From IMG/VR virus record IMGVR_UViG_2718217795_000001, positions 1-30,259 of that record: a stretch of 30,259 bases of DNA; one strand, given 5' to 3'. Below, piece after piece: positions 26,940 to 30,259 of the stretch (positions are counted from its first letter, which is position 1; every line of letters begins with the position of its first letter). The translations under genes were made by a program, and so were the position numbers. The stretch comes from a virus (lineage: Duplodnaviria > Heunggongvirae > Uroviricota > Caudoviricetes). The notes beneath the pieces are model-generated. The model did not search any database. It saw nothing but the letters and a program-made list of their open reading frames with translations, and had not been told where the DNA came from.

Positions 26940-27449
26940 TCAAATCAGACCGAATGACGCGCCAATACCGCTCATGGTATCGACAACACTCGTCATTGCT
27001 GGATTGGTCTGCAAACGTGCATGCAGCGCCAGTGCCGACAAAGACAACATGCGAATACCGGAGTTAACGCTTTCAATCATGGTGTGCTTACGGGCAGAGG
27101 TCAGACGCTCATCAGAGACCGCGCCGCTCGCCAGTTCGCCGAGTTCCCGCATAGCACGCATGACGTAAGACTGTAATTTGTCTTTTGCCAGCTCGTTGAC
27201 CGGTACACATGGCAGGCAATGAATCTGAGCCAAAAAACCATCAACTAAGGCTGAGTCTTCGGTCAGGTCTGTCAGTAGCCATAACTCAGGTGGGGTGAGC
27301 TGGTGAGGCTGTTCCGGGTTGAGCTTGTTACGTAACGTCTGAACATTCATTCCCGCACGTTCGGCAAGCTTCGTCATGTTGTGACGTTGAGCGAAAGCAC
27401 GACACGCATCGTCATAATGGGGATGTTTGGAAATCTGAAAATCAAACAT
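26940..27449 (-). CDS. cII: CII-like lysogeny-establishment regulator, 169 aa (start corrected)
   Basis: Track start is a TTG; ATG at 27447-27449 with GAGGGA RBS gives MFDFQISKHPHYDDACRAFAQRHNM... and exactly 169 aa, the length I recall for 186 CII; second gene of the early operon as in 186. Confidence 0.7.
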   Translation of the reverse strand: MFDFQISKHPHYDDACRAFAQRHNMTKLAERAGMNVQTLRNKLNPEQPHQLTPPELWLLTDLTEDSALVDGFLAQIHCLPCVPVNELAKDKLQSYVMRAMRELGELASGAVSDERLTSARKHTMIESVNSGIRMLSLSALALHARLQTNPAMTSVVDTMSGIGASFGLI

Positions 27450-27481
27450 GGTTAAGTTCCCTCTAACTTGCATAATCAAAT

Positions 27482-27853
27482 TCAGTTAAGAGCGGTGCGC
27501 TGGTCGATGTAGCGACAATCAATCGCTTGTTGAGTCAGTTTGTCGCGCCATGCTTTTACGTTTACGAGGGTGCGGCTTCGTTTACCGGCTTCCTCTTTGT
27601 TGGAAAAGTCTTTGGTCGGAGCTTTAAGAAGAATGCCCTCATCAAGCCATTGCCAGACCAGACGCTCGCTAACGCCGCGAGTGGCAGCAAAGTCTTTCAC
27701 TGTCATGGTGTCGGACATTGCAGAGCGAATCATTGTCTGCAGGGCTGGCAGCATTGCTGTAACGATGGCGTCAAACTGAGTGGGGTCTAACAGCACAGTT
27801 TGATTTTGTGAGTTTTGCGAGTCGTGCATCGAGATTGATTTTGCATCTGACAT
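27482..27853 (-). CDS. Apl/Cox-like HTH excisionase/regulator, 123 aa
   Basis: First gene of the early lytic operon, divergent from cI; AGGAGA RBS; core MTVKDFAATRGVSERLVWQWLDEGIL is an HTH; has an unusual ~45-aa N-terminal extension. Confidence 0.55.
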   Translation of the reverse strand: MSDAKSISMHDSQNSQNQTVLLDPTQFDAIVTAMLPALQTMIRSAMSDTMTVKDFAATRGVSERLVWQWLDEGILLKAPTKDFSNKEEAGKRSRTLVNVKAWRDKLTQQAIDCRYIDQRTALN

Positions 27854-27863
27854 ATCGCATTAT
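27835..27863 (+). promoter_or_regulatory. Candidate lysogenic promoter (pL/Pc-like), rightward
   Basis: TTGATT-N17-CATTAT overlapping the apl-like start; would fire toward cI, face-to-face with the leftward promoter. Confidence 0.3.
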
Positions 27864-27916
27864 CTCCTGTTGTTTGAAATGTGGTGCAGTGGTGTGCATC
27901 TTGGTCGATAAGCGCC

Positions 27917-27945
27917 ACTATAGATCGTAAAAAGTTATCTGTAAA
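27917..27945 (-). promoter_or_regulatory. Early lytic promoter (pR/Pe-like), leftward
   Basis: Minus strand reads TTTACA-N17-TATAGT (plus 27940-27945 and 27917-27922), ~55 nt upstream of the apl-like start. Confidence 0.6.
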
Positions 27946-27965
27946 CACCCATAAAATTATCTGTA
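27922..27965. repeat. Direct repeats TTATCTGTA (x2) plus degenerate AGATCGTAA over the lytic promoter: candidate CI operators
   Basis: TTATCTGTA at 27935-27943 (overlapping the -35) and 27957-27965, 22 bp apart; related AGATCGTAA at 27922-27930 next to the -10. Confidence 0.5.
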
Positions 27966-27974
27966 GGGGTTTTT

Positions 27975-28838
27975 ATGAGTTCTGAACTCGATGTTCAGTG
28001 GCGTATAGGTGCATCAAATGGCGTGTTAGAGCGCGTAATGTCAGCCTATGGCGTCAAGATGCAAAAGGATTTAGCTGACCTGTTGGGCATCGCTAAACAC
28101 AGCGTTAGTGGCTGGGTTCAACGCGATGCAATACCCGGCAATGTCATAGTTAGGTGTTGTCTTGATACTGGTGCTGATATCAATTGGCTTGTAAGTGGTG
28201 AGCTTGCAAATGCAAAACATGAGCGAGTCGGTTGCAAGCTAAAGGGCAAAGAACTCTATGACGAGATCATGACGAACGGGGGCAAAACCGTTTTGCGCAG
28301 AATTCTTGATGCTTATGGGTTTACGATGCAAAAAGAGCTTGGTGATTTATTGGGTATTTCTTCCGGCACTATAAGCACTTGGGTCAGGCGTGACTTTTTC
28401 CCGGGCGATGTGGTGGTGACCTGCGCACTTGACACTGGCGTTTCGTTGGAGTGGCTTTCTACAGGCAAAGGCAAGATGCGAGAAGGCAGGGAAAGTGAAT
28501 CTCTTAGCGCCTTAACAGTAAGAAAATGTCGCCTTGAAGCTGGCGAGCTTAAAGATATTGGGCGTTGGACTCCAGACCTTACAATGGTTCCTGAAAACAT
28601 TGATGAATTGATCTTTATTGATGGAGTAGGCGCATCTTGGCTTGTTGATTGTTCTAACTCAAAGATCGGTAATGGTCGTTGGCTTATTGGCATTGATGGT
28701 GCGCTCGATGTTTTTGATGTCATCAGGTTACCAGGTGGAAAGGTCAGGCTTTCAAATAAGTCTGCGGAGTTTGAATGTAATCTTTCAGACATCACACCAT
28801 CAGGTGCAGTGATTTTTACTTTGGAAAAGCATGTTTAA
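27975..28838 (+). CDS. cI: CI-type immunity repressor with tandemly duplicated N-terminal HTH domain, 287 aa
   Basis: Divergent from the early operon; residues 17-75 and 106-164 are ~50% identical copies of a 186-CI-like HTH module; distinct C-terminal domain. Confidence 0.7.
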   Translation: MSSELDVQWRIGASNGVLERVMSAYGVKMQKDLADLLGIAKHSVSGWVQRDAIPGNVIVRCCLDTGADINWLVSGELANAKHERVGCKLKGKELYDEIMTNGGKTVLRRILDAYGFTMQKELGDLLGISSGTISTWVRRDFFPGDVVVTCALDTGVSLEWLSTGKGKMREGRESESLSALTVRKCRLEAGELKDIGRWTPDLTMVPENIDELIFIDGVGASWLVDCSNSKIGNGRWLIGIDGALDVFDVIRLPGGKVRLSNKSAEFECNLSDITPSGAVIFTLEKHV

Positions 28839-28847
28839 GGAGCAGTT

Positions 28848-29186
28848 ATGAAAAAGTTATTATTTTTGATGGCCGGTATCGCGCTTTCTTCCTCAGCCTT
28901 AGCCGCTGAGAAATTTAAAGAGATTGATAGTAAATCTCTTGGTGATAAGTGGCCGCTTACCTTTGAGCATGCAAAAGTATCTTGTGTAAACAGTCACTAC
29001 GTTTTTGTTTATGACACTGACACGGATGAACGCTACCCCTTAAGCGGCATGGCTAAGAACGCCGTCAAGTCTGGAAAAATGGAAGGGCGAGATTTAAAAG
29101 AAGTTCTAAAAAAAGACCCTAACGATCCATTAGAACGAGCTGATATTGCTCCTGTTTTCAGTGAAGCCATAGCGCTTTGTGAATAA
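28848..29186 (+). CDS. Secreted small protein (moron) between cI and int, 112 aa
   Basis: AAGGAG RBS; N-terminal signal peptide MKKLLFLMAGIALSSSALA-AEK with AxA cleavage site; AT-richer than the backbone. Confidence 0.65.
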   Translation: MKKLLFLMAGIALSSSALAAEKFKEIDSKSLGDKWPLTFEHAKVSCVNSHYVFVYDTDTDERYPLSGMAKNAVKSGKMEGRDLKEVLKKDPNDPLERADIAPVFSEAIALCE

Positions 29187-29209
29187 AAATATTTGGCCTC
29201 GGTGTAGCT

Positions 29210-30259
29210 ATGACAGTTAGTAAGCAAAAAAACGGTAAATGGTTATGCGAGCTTTATCCAAACGGTAGGGAAGGGCGGCGTATTCGTCGGCATTTCAATA
29301 CAAAAGGTGAGGCCGAGGCATTCGAAACATTTACGAAGAATGAAAGTGAGGACAAGCCTTGGCTCGGCAAAAAAGAAGATCGCCGACGCTTAAGCGAGTT
29401 GATTCAACTCTGGCATAACCTGCATGGACAGGCTTTAGTCGCCAGTAAGTCGCGGTTAGCAAAGCTGCAAATTGTGTGTAACGGTTTGGGCGACCCAATT
29501 GCATCCCGCTTTACCGCTAAAGATTGGGCTCATTACCGCGACCGCCGACTCCGTGGTGAAATAGACAACGGATATCATAAAGACCCGGCGAAATGGGTCG
29601 CCAAACCCATAACCGTGAATCGTGAGCAGCAATATCTTATAGCTGTGTTTAATGAGCTGCGGCGGTTAGGGGAATGGAGTTTACCCAACCCACTGGAAGG
29701 GGTGCGCGTATTCAAAGAAGCCGAGAAAGAAATGTCCTGGCTAACTCTTTCTCAAATCCCTGAGCTGTTTCGAGCCTGCGAGCAATACGGCAAAGAGGAT
29801 CTCACGATGATTGTCAAAGTCTGTCTTGCAACCGGCGCAAGATGGGGGGAGGCCGAGAGATTGACACGGCCTCAACTCTCTCCCTGCAAACTGACTTTCA
29901 CAAAAACCAAAGGTAAGAAAAATCGCACCGTTCCCATTCCTAAATGGCTGTATGACGAGCTAGCCGAACGTCAGGGCAGAATGTTCAAGCCCTGCTATCA
30001 GGAGTTTAAAAAGATGCTCAAACTCACGAATATCGAGCTAACTGAAGGGCAAAAGACGCATGTCCTGAGGCATACATTCGGCGCGCATTTTATGATGAAC
30101 GGCGGAAACATACTGGTACTGCAGAAAATCCTCGGACATTCCAACATTCGCGAAACAATGAGATACGCGCACTTTGCTCCTGACCATTTAGAGCAAGCCG
30201 TCTCTCTCAATCCTCTTTCTCTCTATGTTGGCGACAATATGGCGGCAGAGGTTGCATAA
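29210..30259 (+). CDS. int: Tyrosine integrase (P2/186 Int family), 349 aa
   Basis: C-terminal catalytic signature HVLRHTFGAHF ... LGHSNIRETMRYAHF; last gene before the expected att site; stop codon is the last 3 nt of the window. Confidence 0.93.
   Translation: MTVSKQKNGKWLCELYPNGREGRRIRRHFNTKGEAEAFETFTKNESEDKPWLGKKEDRRRLSELIQLWHNLHGQALVASKSRLAKLQIVCNGLGDPIASRFTAKDWAHYRDRRLRGEIDNGYHKDPAKWVAKPITVNREQQYLIAVFNELRRLGEWSLPNPLEGVRVFKEAEKEMSWLTLSQIPELFRACEQYGKEDLTMIVKVCLATGARWGEAERLTRPQLSPCKLTFTKTKGKKNRTVPIPKWLYDELAERQGRMFKPCYQEFKKMLKLTNIELTEGQKTHVLRHTFGAHFMMNGGNILVLQKILGHSNIRETMRYAHFAPDHLEQAVSLNPLSLYVGDNMAAEVA

Noticed and set aside
1-30259. CRISPR arrays, tRNA/rRNA genes, insertion sequences or transposases
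   Set aside because: No regularly spaced direct repeats, no cloverleaf-like conserved tRNA motifs, and no transposase-like ORFs or terminal inverted repeats; the only recombinase is the phage integrase.

Overview
The window is a near-complete P2/186-family (Peduovirus-like) prophage, reversed relative to the usual map and bounded exactly by the stop codons of tail gene D (pos 1) and the integrase (pos 30259), so ogr and both att sites lie outside it. Minus strand 1-16381 carries the late operons (D, U, T, E/E', FII, FI, G, H, I, J, W, V, S, R, overlapped spanins, SAR endolysin, pinholin, X, L, M, N, O); plus strand carries terminase P and portal Q (16547-19362), followed by a 186-type cos site (19539-19557). 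The early/immunity region (23144-30259) is 186-like: replication gene A, small early genes, CII, an Apl/Cox-like gene, a convergent promoter switch, a CI repressor with a duplicated N-terminal domain, a secreted moron and a tyrosine integrase. The most interesting part is an AT-rich (~35% GC versus a visibly GC-rich backbone) three-gene cassette at 19789-22657, sitting between cos and gene A in the position P2 uses for old/tin. I could not assign its proteins to any family by eye, and propose it as a candidate uncharacterised anti-phage defence or accessory system. Next to it is a near-consensus LexA box in front of a small ORF in the position of the 186 tum antirepressor. The ORF track uses TTG/GTG starts in places; I corrected starts for N, CII, cassette gene 2 and two small early genes. 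No tRNA, rRNA, CRISPR array or transposase was seen. All homology statements are from memory and motif reading, not from searches.
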